From NCBI GenBank assembly GCA_003554615.1, contig PWGX01000006.1, positions 1-62,037 on the forward strand: a DNA stretch of 62,037 nt, in the 5' to 3' direction. Below are positions 10,131-18,154 of the stretch, piece after piece. Origin of the DNA: Syntrophomonadaceae bacterium (GTDB lineage: Bacteria; Bacillota; Dethiobacteria; DTU022). The notes beneath the pieces were generated by a model. It was not told where the DNA came from. It saw only the letters and a program-made list of their open reading frames with translations, and searched no databases. The first letter of the stretch is position 1; each line of letters starts with the position of its first letter. The position numbers and the translations under genes are program-made.

Positions 10131-11126
10131 ATGCCGCGTAAAAAGGCCGGTGAGCAGTTAAACAAAGACCGTAACATTCCCCTGCTGGTCATGGTCGGCC
10201 CAACCGCCGTCGGTAAAACCGCCCTGGCGGTGAAAGTGGCCCAAAAGCTGCAAACCGAAATCATCAGTGCCGATTCGGCCCAGGTCTACCGCTTTTTGGA
10301 TATAGGGACCGCAAAACCTGCTGAAGAAGAAAAAAAAGCCGCACCCCATCACCTGATTGACCTGGTTGAACCCGACCGGGATTTCAGCGTGGCCGATTAC
10401 CAAAAAGAAGCGGTCAAAATTATTGAAAAGCTATGGGGGGAAGGCAAGCTGCCTGTCCTGGTTGGGGGAACCGGCCTTTATATCAACTCCGTAATTGAGG
10501 GCTATGCCTTCGGCCAAAAAGGGGCAAACCGCAAAATCCGGGATCATTATGAGCAGCTTGCTTTAAAAGAAGGCCTGGAAAATGTTTACGGTAAGCTTAA
10601 AGAGATCGACCCGGAAGCAGCCTCAAGGATTCATCCCAACGACCGGCGGCGCATTATCAGGGCCCTGGAAGTCTATGAGCTGGAGGGCCGTCCAATATCA
10701 GAACAGGTAGCCAGGACGGCAGGAAAAGAATCACCATACCGGATTTTAATTTTCGGGCTTTACATGGATCGGGATACATTATATGAAAGAATCGAAAAAA
10801 GGGTTGATTTAATGCTCGCCGCAGGATGGCTTGAGGAAACCCGCCGCCTTCTTGAACAGGGTTACCGGGACACCGACCCGGGGATGCAGGTCCTGGGTTA
10901 CCGCCAGCTGCTTGATTACCTGCAGGGCCGGATCGGATGGGAGTATATGGTAAAAGAAATAAAAAAACAAACCCGTAACCTGGCCAAGCGCCAGTTAACC
11001 TGGTTTCGCCGCAATAAGGACATAGAATGGTTGAAAATAACCGATCAAACTGCAATTGATCATTTAACAGAAAATATTTGCTTCAAAGTGCAGGATTTGG
11101 CACCGAACCGGGCGAATATCTACTGA
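10131..11126 (+). CDS. miaA: tRNA dimethylallyltransferase MiaA
   Basis: GPTAVGKT, ISADSAQVY, GGTGLY, AKRQLTWFR. Confidence 0.96.
   Translation: MPRKKAGEQLNKDRNIPLLVMVGPTAVGKTALAVKVAQKLQTEIISADSAQVYRFLDIGTAKPAEEEKKAAPHHLIDLVEPDRDFSVADYQKEAVKIIEKLWGEGKLPVLVGGTGLYINSVIEGYAFGQKGANRKIRDHYEQLALKEGLENVYGKLKEIDPEAASRIHPNDRRRIIRALEVYELEGRPISEQVARTAGKESPYRILIFGLYMDRDTLYERIEKRVDLMLAAGWLEETRRLLEQGYRDTDPGMQVLGYRQLLDYLQGRIGWEYMVKEIKKQTRNLAKRQLTWFRRNKDIEWLKITDQTAIDHLTENICFKVQDLAPNRANIY
11090..11117 (+). promoter_or_regulatory. sigma-H-like promoter upstream of hfq (inside miaA 3' end)
   Basis: GCAGGATT-N16-GAAT fits the sigH consensus AGGAWW...GAAT. Confidence 0.45.
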
Positions 11127-11168
11127 AGAGTTTGATAAATAGAGAAAGAATAGAAGGGAGCCCGATCT

Positions 11169-11459
11169 ATGAAAGGCGCAATCAACTTGCAGGACACTTT
11201 TTTGAACCAAATTCGTAAGGAAAACATGCTGAGCACGGTCTTTTTAATCAACGGCTACCAGATCAAGGGGGTTGTTCGCAGCTTCGACAGCTTTACTCTG
11301 CTCCTTGAAGTAGACGGTAAGCAGCAGTTGGTCTATAAGCATGCCGTCTCCACCATCATTCCCATGCGTAATATTAACCTGAGGCAGGAAGAAACCGAGG
11401 CGGAGGAGAAGGAAAAAGAAAAAGGTACGCCTGTAGTGGATCCAGGCGCTTCTGAATAA
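11169..11459 (+). CDS. hfq: RNA chaperone Hfq with acidic C-terminal tail
   Basis: [33 protein letters not shown]. Confidence 0.97.
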   Translation: MKGAINLQDTFLNQIRKENMLSTVFLINGYQIKGVVRSFDSFTLLLEVDGKQQLVYKHAVSTIIPMRNINLRQEETEAEEKEKEKGTPVVDPGASE

Positions 11460-11482
11460 TTATTTATTAGAGGTGTGAAAAT

Positions 11483-12736
11483 CTGAAGCAAAGAGAAAAA
11501 GCAATCCTCGTCGGACTGGATCTTAACCAGCCCGGTGAAGATATCGATCGTTCCATGGAAGAACTGGCCCTGCTGGCTGAAACAGCAGGGGCGAAAGTAG
11601 TGGAAAGGCTGATCCAAAAAAGGGAAGCCCTTGATCCGGCTAACTATATTGGAAAAGGAAAGATAGAGGAGCTGTCCGCTCTTGTAGACAGGCACAGCTC
11701 CGAGATGGTTATTTTTAACGACGAGCTTTCACCATCACAGATCAGGAACCTTGATCAACTTATTGAGGCCAAGGTAATTGACAGGACCAATCTGATTCTT
11801 GATATATTCGCCCGCCGGGCCCTCTCAAAAGAAGGCAAACTCCAGGTTGAGCTGGCCCAGATGCAGTACCTGCTACCCCGCTTGATTGGCCTGGGCAACC
11901 AGCTTTCACGGCTCGGCGGTGGGATCGGAACCAGGGGCCCCGGAGAAACCCAGCTCGAAGTAGACAGGCGCGTGATCCGAAAGCGGATCAATGACTTGAA
12001 AAAAGAAATCAGCTCCCTGCGCAAGCACCGGGCCCTGCACCGGCAGCGCAGGAAGCGCAACCGGCAAAATATTGTCAGCCTGGTCGGCTACACCAATGCC
12101 GGAAAGTCAACCCTGCTCAATGCCCTGACCGGAGCCGATCTTTATACCGAAGACAAGCTGTTTGCCACCCTTGATCCCACTGTGCGGCGTGGAAACCTTA
12201 ATGGTGGTAAAGAAGTGCTTTTTACCGACACGGTCGGCTTCATAGAAAAATTGCCCAAGCAGCTGATTACCGCTTTTCAGGCCACGCTGGAGGAACTGGT
12301 TGCCGCCGACGTGCTCCTGCATCTAGTGGATTTAAGCCACCCGGAATACCTCCGGCAGATTGAAATTGTCCGCAGCCACCTGGCTGCCATTGATCCGGAA
12401 TATTACGGGCATGAAATACTGGTTTTCAATAAGATCGACCTGGTTGACGCCATTTCTGAAAAAGCATTTTTAAGGAGGGAATTCCCCTCGGCCGCTTTTA
12501 TTTCTGCCCTGACTGGAGAGGGAATCGGCAGTTTAAAAGAAAACATCACTGATTATCTTAATAATCAGCGATGTAACCTGAAACTTTATCTGCCTTATAG
12601 TGAAGGGAAGCTTTATTCTGAGCTTCAGCAGTACGGAGATGTGCAGAGTGTAATTTCCAGGCCGGATCACCTGGAGATAATAGCGGCAGTTGATCCCGAA
12701 CTGGCCAAAAAATTAGATCCCTATATCGCTTCATAA
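11483..12736 (+). CDS. hflX: GTPase HflX (conserved N-terminus begins upstream of the first ATG at 11555; probable CTG start at 11483)
   Basis: EKAILVG upstream of ATG; DIFARRA, GGGIGTRGPGE, GYTNAGKST, DTVG, NKID. Confidence 0.93.
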   Translation: MKQREKAILVGLDLNQPGEDIDRSMEELALLAETAGAKVVERLIQKREALDPANYIGKGKIEELSALVDRHSSEMVIFNDELSPSQIRNLDQLIEAKVIDRTNLILDIFARRALSKEGKLQVELAQMQYLLPRLIGLGNQLSRLGGGIGTRGPGETQLEVDRRVIRKRINDLKKEISSLRKHRALHRQRRKRNRQNIVSLVGYTNAGKSTLLNALTGADLYTEDKLFATLDPTVRRGNLNGGKEVLFTDTVGFIEKLPKQLITAFQATLEELVAADVLLHLVDLSHPEYLRQIEIVRSHLAAIDPEYYGHEILVFNKIDLVDAISEKAFLRREFPSAAFISALTGEGIGSLKENITDYLNNQRCNLKLYLPYSEGKLYSELQQYGDVQSVISRPDHLEIIAAVDPELAKKLDPYIAS

Positions 12737-12754
12737 ATGCTTTTTTCAAAAACC

Positions 12755-13375
12755 CTAAATCCGGCGGAATAAACCGACTACCCTGCCCAGGATTTCGACC
12801 TCCCGGCTTATGATGGGCTCATAAGCATCGTTTTCAGGCTGAAGCCGGTAACCGTCTTTCTCTATATAAAAGCGTTTGACCGTTGCTTCATCTCCAAGCA
12901 GAACGGCCACTATTTCCCCGTTTTCGGCACTGTTTTGCTGCCTTATAACCACATAATCGCCGTCGTTGATCCCGGCCCCAAGCATACTTTCTCCCGCCAC
13001 CCGGAGGACAAAACAGTTCTCATCATTCGATATAGTTGAAGGGATAGGAAAAAAGCCTTCCTTGTTCTCTTCGGCAAGGATCGGCTGGCCGGCTGTGATT
13101 CTTCCAACAAGAGGAGCAAAAATACAATTTTCTTCCGGGTCCGCTATAACTTCACCAGCAGCGCTTTTAATCAATTTAATCGCTCTCGGTTTGGTTGCCA
13201 TCCTGGAAATATAACCCTTGCTTTCAAGGGTGTCCAGGTGCCCGTGTACAGTTGCAGTTGAGCTTATATTGAGGGCTTTGCATATTTCGCGCACAGAGGG
13301 AGGATAGTTCCAACGCCTGACTTCCTGTTCAATAAACTCCATCACCCGCTTTTGCTTCTCCGTTAACGATTCCAA
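12755..13375 (-). CDS. lexA: SOS repressor LexA
   Basis: PPSVREI...TVHGHL HTH, VGRITAG cleavage site (A-G), GESM catalytic Ser, ATVKRF catalytic Lys. Confidence 0.96.
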   Translation of the reverse strand: MESLTEKQKRVMEFIEQEVRRWNYPPSVREICKALNISSTATVHGHLDTLESKGYISRMATKPRAIKLIKSAAGEVIADPEENCIFAPLVGRITAGQPILAEENKEGFFPIPSTISNDENCFVLRVAGESMLGAGINDGDYVVIRQQNSAENGEIVAVLLGDEATVKRFYIEKDGYRLQPENDAYEPIISREVEILGRVVGLFRRI

Positions 13376-13408
13376 AGAATCACCCTTTCAAGAAGAAGTA
13401 TTTTTTAG

Positions 13409-13448
13409 ATTATAGCATCATTTGTCTGATAAAACAAACGATTGTTTG
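13409..13448 (-). promoter_or_regulatory. lexA sigma-A promoter with overlapping SOS-box-like palindrome
   Basis: Minus strand TTGTTT-N17-TATAAT with extended TG; palindrome CAAAC-GATT-GTTTG at 13435-13448 over the -35. Confidence 0.55.
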
Positions 13449-13476
13449 TCTGTTTTTCAGTTTAAACCCCGTATTT

Positions 13477-15036
13477 TTAACCGGCCCCGTTAATTTTCAG
13501 CAGTTTATTAAGCCCGTTTAAATAGGCCTTGACGCTGGCTTCGATAATATCCGTGCTTGTCCCCCGGCCGGTAATGCTCCGGTCCTGGTAAGAGAGGTTG
13601 ACCTGGACTTCGCCGAGCGCATCGCGGCCCTGGGTTACGGCATTAATCCTGTACTTTTCCAGTCCGACATTCAGGCCTGTGATCTTGTTAATGGCGTTGT
13701 AGGCGGCATCGATAGGGCCGGCCCCGACGGCGACTTCTTCGATGGTGTTCCCGTCTTCTTTCATGAGGCGGATGACAGCCGCCGGGATGCTCTTACTGCC
13801 GCTGACTGTCTGCAGGTAATCAAGCCTGTAGCGCGGCTCGGTAGCGGAAATATGATCAAGGACCAGGGCTTCCAGGTCTTCCGGATAGACTTCTTTCTTT
13901 TTATCGGCAAGATCGACAAAATGTTTATAGATCACATCCAGCTGTTCTTTAGTTAAAGTAAACCCAATTTTGTTCAGCTGGTCGAGCACGGCGTGCCTGC
14001 CGGAGCGGGCGGTCAGCAGCATCCTGGCGGCGCTGCCCCCGATTAATTCAGCATCGATTATTTCATATGTTTCCTTGTTTTTTAAGACTCCGTCCTGGTG
14101 GATACCGGACGAATGGGAAAAGGCGTTCAGGCCGACCACGGCCTTGTTGACCGGGATGGAAATACTGGTCAGCTTGCTTACCAGGCGGCTGGTCCGGTAG
14201 ATTTCGGAAAAATTAAGATCGGTATAATAGGGAAAATGATTTTGCCGGATCCGCAAAGCTACTGCTATCTCTTCCAGGGCGGCGTTACCGGCCCTTTCCC
14301 CGATACCGTTTATATTACATTCCACCTGGCGGGCCCCGTTTTTAACCGCTTCCAGGGAATTGGCCACGGCAAGCCCCAGGTCATTGTGACAGTGCACGCT
14401 GATCATGGCCCGGTCCATGTTACTCACGTTTTCCCTGATCCGGCGGATCAGCCCTCCAAACTCTTCCGGTACGGCATACCCAACCGTATCGGGAATATTG
14501 ATTACCGTGGCTCCGGCGTCGATAACGGCTTCGATCATCCGGTAGAGATATTCCTCGTCGGCCCGGCTGGCATCTTCCGGGGAATACTCGAGGTCATCGG
14601 TAAACCTGCGGGCATATTTCACGGCATCAACGGCCTGCTCCAAAATCTGAGCCGGCTCCTTTTTAAATTTGTGCTGCATGTGGATGGCGGAAGCACCCAA
14701 AAAAACATGGAGGCGGGATTGCTCTGCTTCTTTGATCGCCTCCCAGGCTGCGTCAATATCTTCTTTGACCGCCCTGGCCAGGCCGCAAATAGTCGGGCCC
14801 TTGACCTGCCTGGAGATTTCCTTTACCGCTTTCATTTCACCAGGTGAGGAAACCGGGAAACCCGCTTCAATTATGTCCACATTAAGGCGGGCCAGCTGGC
14901 GGGCTACTTCAACTTTTTCATCATAGTTTAGGCGGGCGCCGGGAGTTTGTTCCCCGTCACGCAGGGTGCTGTCGAACAGGTATATCTTTTCAGCCCCTCC
15001 AGAATTGTTTACATCCACTTGATTATTCATTGCCAT
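13477..15036 (-). CDS. leuA: 2-isopropylmalate synthase
   Basis: [43 protein letters not shown]-terminal regulatory domain GAGPIDA; preceded by a Leu T-box. Confidence 0.93.
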   Translation of the reverse strand: MAMNNQVDVNNSGGAEKIYLFDSTLRDGEQTPGARLNYDEKVEVARQLARLNVDIIEAGFPVSSPGEMKAVKEISRQVKGPTICGLARAVKEDIDAAWEAIKEAEQSRLHVFLGASAIHMQHKFKKEPAQILEQAVDAVKYARRFTDDLEYSPEDASRADEEYLYRMIEAVIDAGATVINIPDTVGYAVPEEFGGLIRRIRENVSNMDRAMISVHCHNDLGLAVANSLEAVKNGARQVECNINGIGERAGNAALEEIAVALRIRQNHFPYYTDLNFSEIYRTSRLVSKLTSISIPVNKAVVGLNAFSHSSGIHQDGVLKNKETYEIIDAELIGGSAARMLLTARSGRHAVLDQLNKIGFTLTKEQLDVIYKHFVDLADKKKEVYPEDLEALVLDHISATEPRYRLDYLQTVSGSKSIPAAVIRLMKEDGNTIEEVAVGAGPIDAAYNAINKITGLNVGLEKYRINAVTQGRDALGEVQVNLSYQDRSITGRGTSTDIIEASVKAYLNGLNKLLKINGAG

Positions 15037-15069
15037 CTCCTCCAGTGTGTTAAAGTTATCAGGTTAATA

Positions 15070-15320
15070 ATAAAAAAACCTTCGCCACAGAGACGAAAGT
15101 TATTTTCGCGGTACCACTCTTCTTGGCGGCACAACATCTACCGCCCACTCTTTAAGATAACGGAAGTCTCCGGCCAATCCTACTTTTAGCTGTCATGCCA
15201 ATTTCGGTTGGCGGCTCACGGATGAGTTCACAGGATCCGTCATACCGCCTTGCACCAGCCGGCGGCTCTCTGCAGATGGCTTAACCTGTTACTGCTTCCG
15301 ATCACAGCCTTTTGCCTGAT
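15070..15320 (-). promoter_or_regulatory. T-box riboswitch (Leu specifier CUC) upstream of leuA
   Basis: Minus strand: AGUA and AG boxes, GGUGCAA, specifier GAA-CUC (15224-15226), T-box AGAGUGGUACCGCG (15107-15121), terminator hairpin with U-tract. Confidence 0.92.
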
Positions 15321-15331
15321 CAATTAGTGTA

Positions 15332-15360
15332 AGATTACCTAAAAAAAAGGTTACTGTCAA
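15332..15360 (-). promoter_or_regulatory. sigma-A promoter of the leuA T-box leader
   Basis: TTGACA-N17-TAATCT on the minus strand. Confidence 0.75.
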
Positions 15361-15629
15361 GTAAATTTTTGCTAGTTTTTTTCTTGAGCATCAATAACAC
15401 GTTTTTTTTTACTGTTATGATTAAGTAGTGTTATGGTCGCTGCCTGGGTCCGGGGAAAAGGGGGAAGGAGCATAGATGAAGGACTGATTGGGTTTTATTT
15501 AGATAAAGTACCGTTTTTGCTTGACAACCAGGCCATAATAGGTCAGAATATACATATAATTCCGTAATTAATCAGATCGTCTGTAATACCATATAATATT
15601 TTATGGGTACTGAATAAGCGGTGAATACT

Positions 15630-16733
15630 ATGAACTCACCCCGGGAAAAAACAGCAGTCTTGAGCAGCAGTGAGCAGGCGGCCTTGTTGAGGATTCCCAA
15701 TCCAAAAGCGCCAACCGGCCTGCGTAATCTCTGTATGATGATGCTTATGCTCAGGGCGGGACTGCGCGCCGGGGAAATCCTGGATCTCAAAGCTGAAGAT
15801 ATCAACTGGAATGAAGGCAAAATCCATGTCGCAGAAAGCGGGGCCGCCAAAGAACGCACCTTATGGCTTGATGATGAGCTCCTTGCCCTGCTAGAAAATT
15901 GGCACCGGATCCAACCGCCCGGAAGCAGCTATTATTTTAGCACCCTTAAAGGGGGACGCCTTAAAGATCGCTACCTGCGGGAAATGGTCAAGCGGACGGC
16001 CCGTAAGGCTGGCATAAACAAAGATGTCCATCCACACCTTCTGCGCAGCACCTTTGCCGTCAACATCATTAAAGAAATGAATGATATCCGCCTTGCTCAA
16101 AACGCCCTGGGCCACAGGGACGCAACGACAACCCAGGCCTATCTCAAGCACCTGTTCGAAGAGCACAGCATGACTTATTACGACATCCTTGGCTACAGGA
16201 GAAGCGGTATTCCGGCCGCTGCCCCAGCCGGAGCTGCTAAACAAGATTTTGGAGAGGAAAACCATGATCAAAATCAGGGGGATCGCTCCGCCGAAATAAG
16301 CCCCCGGGAAAGTGGAAGAGAGGAGGAAAGAAGGGATGAGGCCGAACTGTCAAACTATTTAGGAAATGAGAATGACAGGAATAATATAGAAGAAGAGAGG
16401 CAGAATCCGGTTAATAAACCTGAAAAGGCGGTTAATAATGGACCCGGTTCAAGCAGATCCACCGGCCCAGATGCTTTAAAAGGCAGGGAGGGAACTGCAG
16501 GTAAAGGCGAAGGAGCAGGCGGCAGGGGGCCGGAAAAAGGAGATCCGGACAGCGGCCCTTTCCCGGAACAGCCTCATATGCCGGGTAGAGGCGCTGAAGA
16601 CGCCGACCGCGGGAAACCGATCCCGGCTTTGAAGTGCAGTCGCTGCACTTATATTCTCAGGCACCATGAAGACTGCCCGCAGTGCGGCGCTACGTTTGCT
16701 TCTATTCTTGAACACTGGAGAAGAAATGTGTAA
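15630..16733 (+). CDS. Tyrosine recombinase catalytic domain, low-complexity linker and C-terminal zinc ribbon; no N-terminal core-binding domain
   Basis: GLRAGE (Arg), HPHLLR (HxxR), LGH and TQAY (His, Tyr); C-terminal CSRC...CPQC; alternative GTG start at 15621. Confidence 0.88.
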   Translation: MNSPREKTAVLSSSEQAALLRIPNPKAPTGLRNLCMMMLMLRAGLRAGEILDLKAEDINWNEGKIHVAESGAAKERTLWLDDELLALLENWHRIQPPGSSYYFSTLKGGRLKDRYLREMVKRTARKAGINKDVHPHLLRSTFAVNIIKEMNDIRLAQNALGHRDATTTQAYLKHLFEEHSMTYYDILGYRRSGIPAAAPAGAAKQDFGEENHDQNQGDRSAEISPRESGREEERRDEAELSNYLGNENDRNNIEEERQNPVNKPEKAVNNGPGSSRSTGPDALKGREGTAGKGEGAGGRGPEKGDPDSGPFPEQPHMPGRGAEDADRGKPIPALKCSRCTYILRHHEDCPQCGATFASILEHWRRNV

Positions 16734-16803
16734 GGGCCAGGTCTCTGGTCAGGGAAGAGGGGGGGCAGGTGCTTCTTTTTGGTCCTTATGATAATATGAA
16801 TTA

Positions 16804-16831
16804 ACTTCCGATAATGTATCTTATGTAAACA
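16804..16831 (+). other. Chromosome dimer resolution site dif (XerCD type)
   Basis: ACTTCCGATAA-TGTATC-TTATGTAAACA closely matches B. subtilis dif ACTTCCTAGAA-TATATA-TTATGTAAACT; lies where gene orientation switches. Confidence 0.9.
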
Positions 16832-16842
16832 AAGAGGGGGGA

Positions 16843-16880
16843 GCCTTTACATTATAACGCCGCCTTTACCTTATAACACC
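16843..16880 (+). repeat. Tandem 19-bp direct repeat next to dif
   Basis: GCCTTTACATTATAACGCC followed directly by GCCTTTACCTTATAACACC (2 mismatches). Confidence 0.85.
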
Positions 16881-16943
16881 CTTGTATATTAGGTCTGCTA
16901 CTAAACCAGCATGACAGCGCTGCAAAGAATTCTTTCTACAACA

Positions 16944-16979
16944 ATTTCGCTTACTTGCTTGATTTCGCTTACTTGATTG
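16944..16979 (+). repeat. Tandem 18-bp direct repeat overlapping a sigma-A promoter
   Basis: ATTTCGCTTACTTGCTTG then ATTTCGCTTACTTGATTG; TTGATT-N16-TATAAT with extended TG (16959-16986). Confidence 0.85.
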
Positions 16980-17058
16980 ATATAATTACATTTAACAGCT
17001 ATAATATCATTTAATAAATATTTTTGCTTGTTACTGCTTTTACCGCGGAGGTTATTTA

Positions 17059-18069
17059 TTGATAGGCTTACATATTAAACAAAACAGCTCTGCCTGCCGC
17101 TCACACTGCGGAGCTTATAGAATAATCTTCCTGGTTGCGGCCCTTTTTATTTTCATCACCTCCTCCCTGCTTTTTACTTCCTGTACAGGCGAAAATCCAG
17201 ATGAAAACCCTCAAGCGGGCACGGTGGCAGATAACAGTGAAGAACCAGCTGCTCAGGATGATGACGAGCTGCCGGCAAACAGTGGTTCAACGCCGCTTCC
17301 GGACGAATTTGAACCGGGACCTGATCAAAACAGCTCAAAAACTGAATGTAATATTATGGAAATTCCGGAGGATCCCGAACTTCCTCGTGTTGGGCTTTAT
17401 GCCGGCAAGGGAAGCTGGGGCGAAAATGTTGAAGTTATCGGCCACTTTCTTGATCACCACGGCTTTAAGTGGTCGGTATTCGATGAAAATGAAGCTGTAA
17501 AACCCGGGCTTGAAGAACAATATGACCTGCTGTGGTTTCCGGGCGGCTTTGCCGCGGAGTATAAAAATTTTATCAGCGATCATAGCATCATCCGTGACTT
17601 TGTTAATGACGGCGGCCTCTTTATTGGCAGCTGTGCTGGAGCATATTATGCTTCCCGTATCCTCCGCTGGGAGGGTGCTGACCATGAATATCCCCTGGAA
17701 CTGTTTAAAGGAAAAGGAGTCGGGCCTCTGTCCGGGCTGATTGGATGGGGTAAAACCGGATCCATCGAGCTTATGGAAGGCCATCCCGTCAACCACGGTT
17801 TCAACCCGGAAAAAGAGATGTACTATTTTGACGGCCCTTATTTCGAACCGGACGAAGAAGAATCGGTAACGATCCTGGCCCGGTACCAGGCAAACAATGA
17901 ACCTGCCGTTATTGCCGGAACAAGCGGGGGCGGTAAATACTTACTGCTGGGGCCCCATCCTGAAATCGGCGGGTACAGCGAACAGTCACCTCAATTCAGC
18001 CCGGAAGGAGAAGACGGTGCCCAGTGGCCCTGGTTGTACCGGGCCATATTGTGGTTGGGGCAGCGCTGA
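17059..18069 (+). CDS. Putative lipoprotein with BPL_N / class I glutamine amidotransferase-like domain
   Basis: Hydrophobic signal ending LLFTSC, acidic linker, VGLYAGKG, LWFPGG, FIGSCAGAY, GPHPE; GGAGG before TTG. Confidence 0.75.
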   Translation: MIGLHIKQNSSACRSHCGAYRIIFLVAALFIFITSSLLFTSCTGENPDENPQAGTVADNSEEPAAQDDDELPANSGSTPLPDEFEPGPDQNSSKTECNIMEIPEDPELPRVGLYAGKGSWGENVEVIGHFLDHHGFKWSVFDENEAVKPGLEEQYDLLWFPGGFAAEYKNFISDHSIIRDFVNDGGLFIGSCAGAYYASRILRWEGADHEYPLELFKGKGVGPLSGLIGWGKTGSIELMEGHPVNHGFNPEKEMYYFDGPYFEPDEEESVTILARYQANNEPAVIAGTSGGGKYLLLGPHPEIGGYSEQSPQFSPEGEDGAQWPWLYRAILWLGQR

Positions 18070-18154
18070 TCTGCTGATCTTTCCGGGAGTACAGTCTTAA
18101 TGACCCTGCAAAATAGACTCTATGTTATAATTAAAACAATAATACCATGGGACG

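Noticed and set aside
15445-15470. G-run cluster as a G-quadruplex
   Set aside because: Only three runs of three or more G; not enough support
15433-15567. 44-codon ORF containing WVRGKGGR, reminiscent of the recombinase GKG loop, upstream of the recombinase
   Set aside because: No RBS, similarity limited to a G-rich run, and it overlaps the predicted promoter; likely chance
15630-16733. Calling the recombinase xerC, xerD or xerS
   Set aside because: Lacks the N-terminal core-binding domain and has a non-Xer C-terminus, so no symbol assigned
16843-16979. Tandem repeats near dif as a mini CRISPR array
   Set aside because: Only two adjacent units each, no spacers and no cas genes
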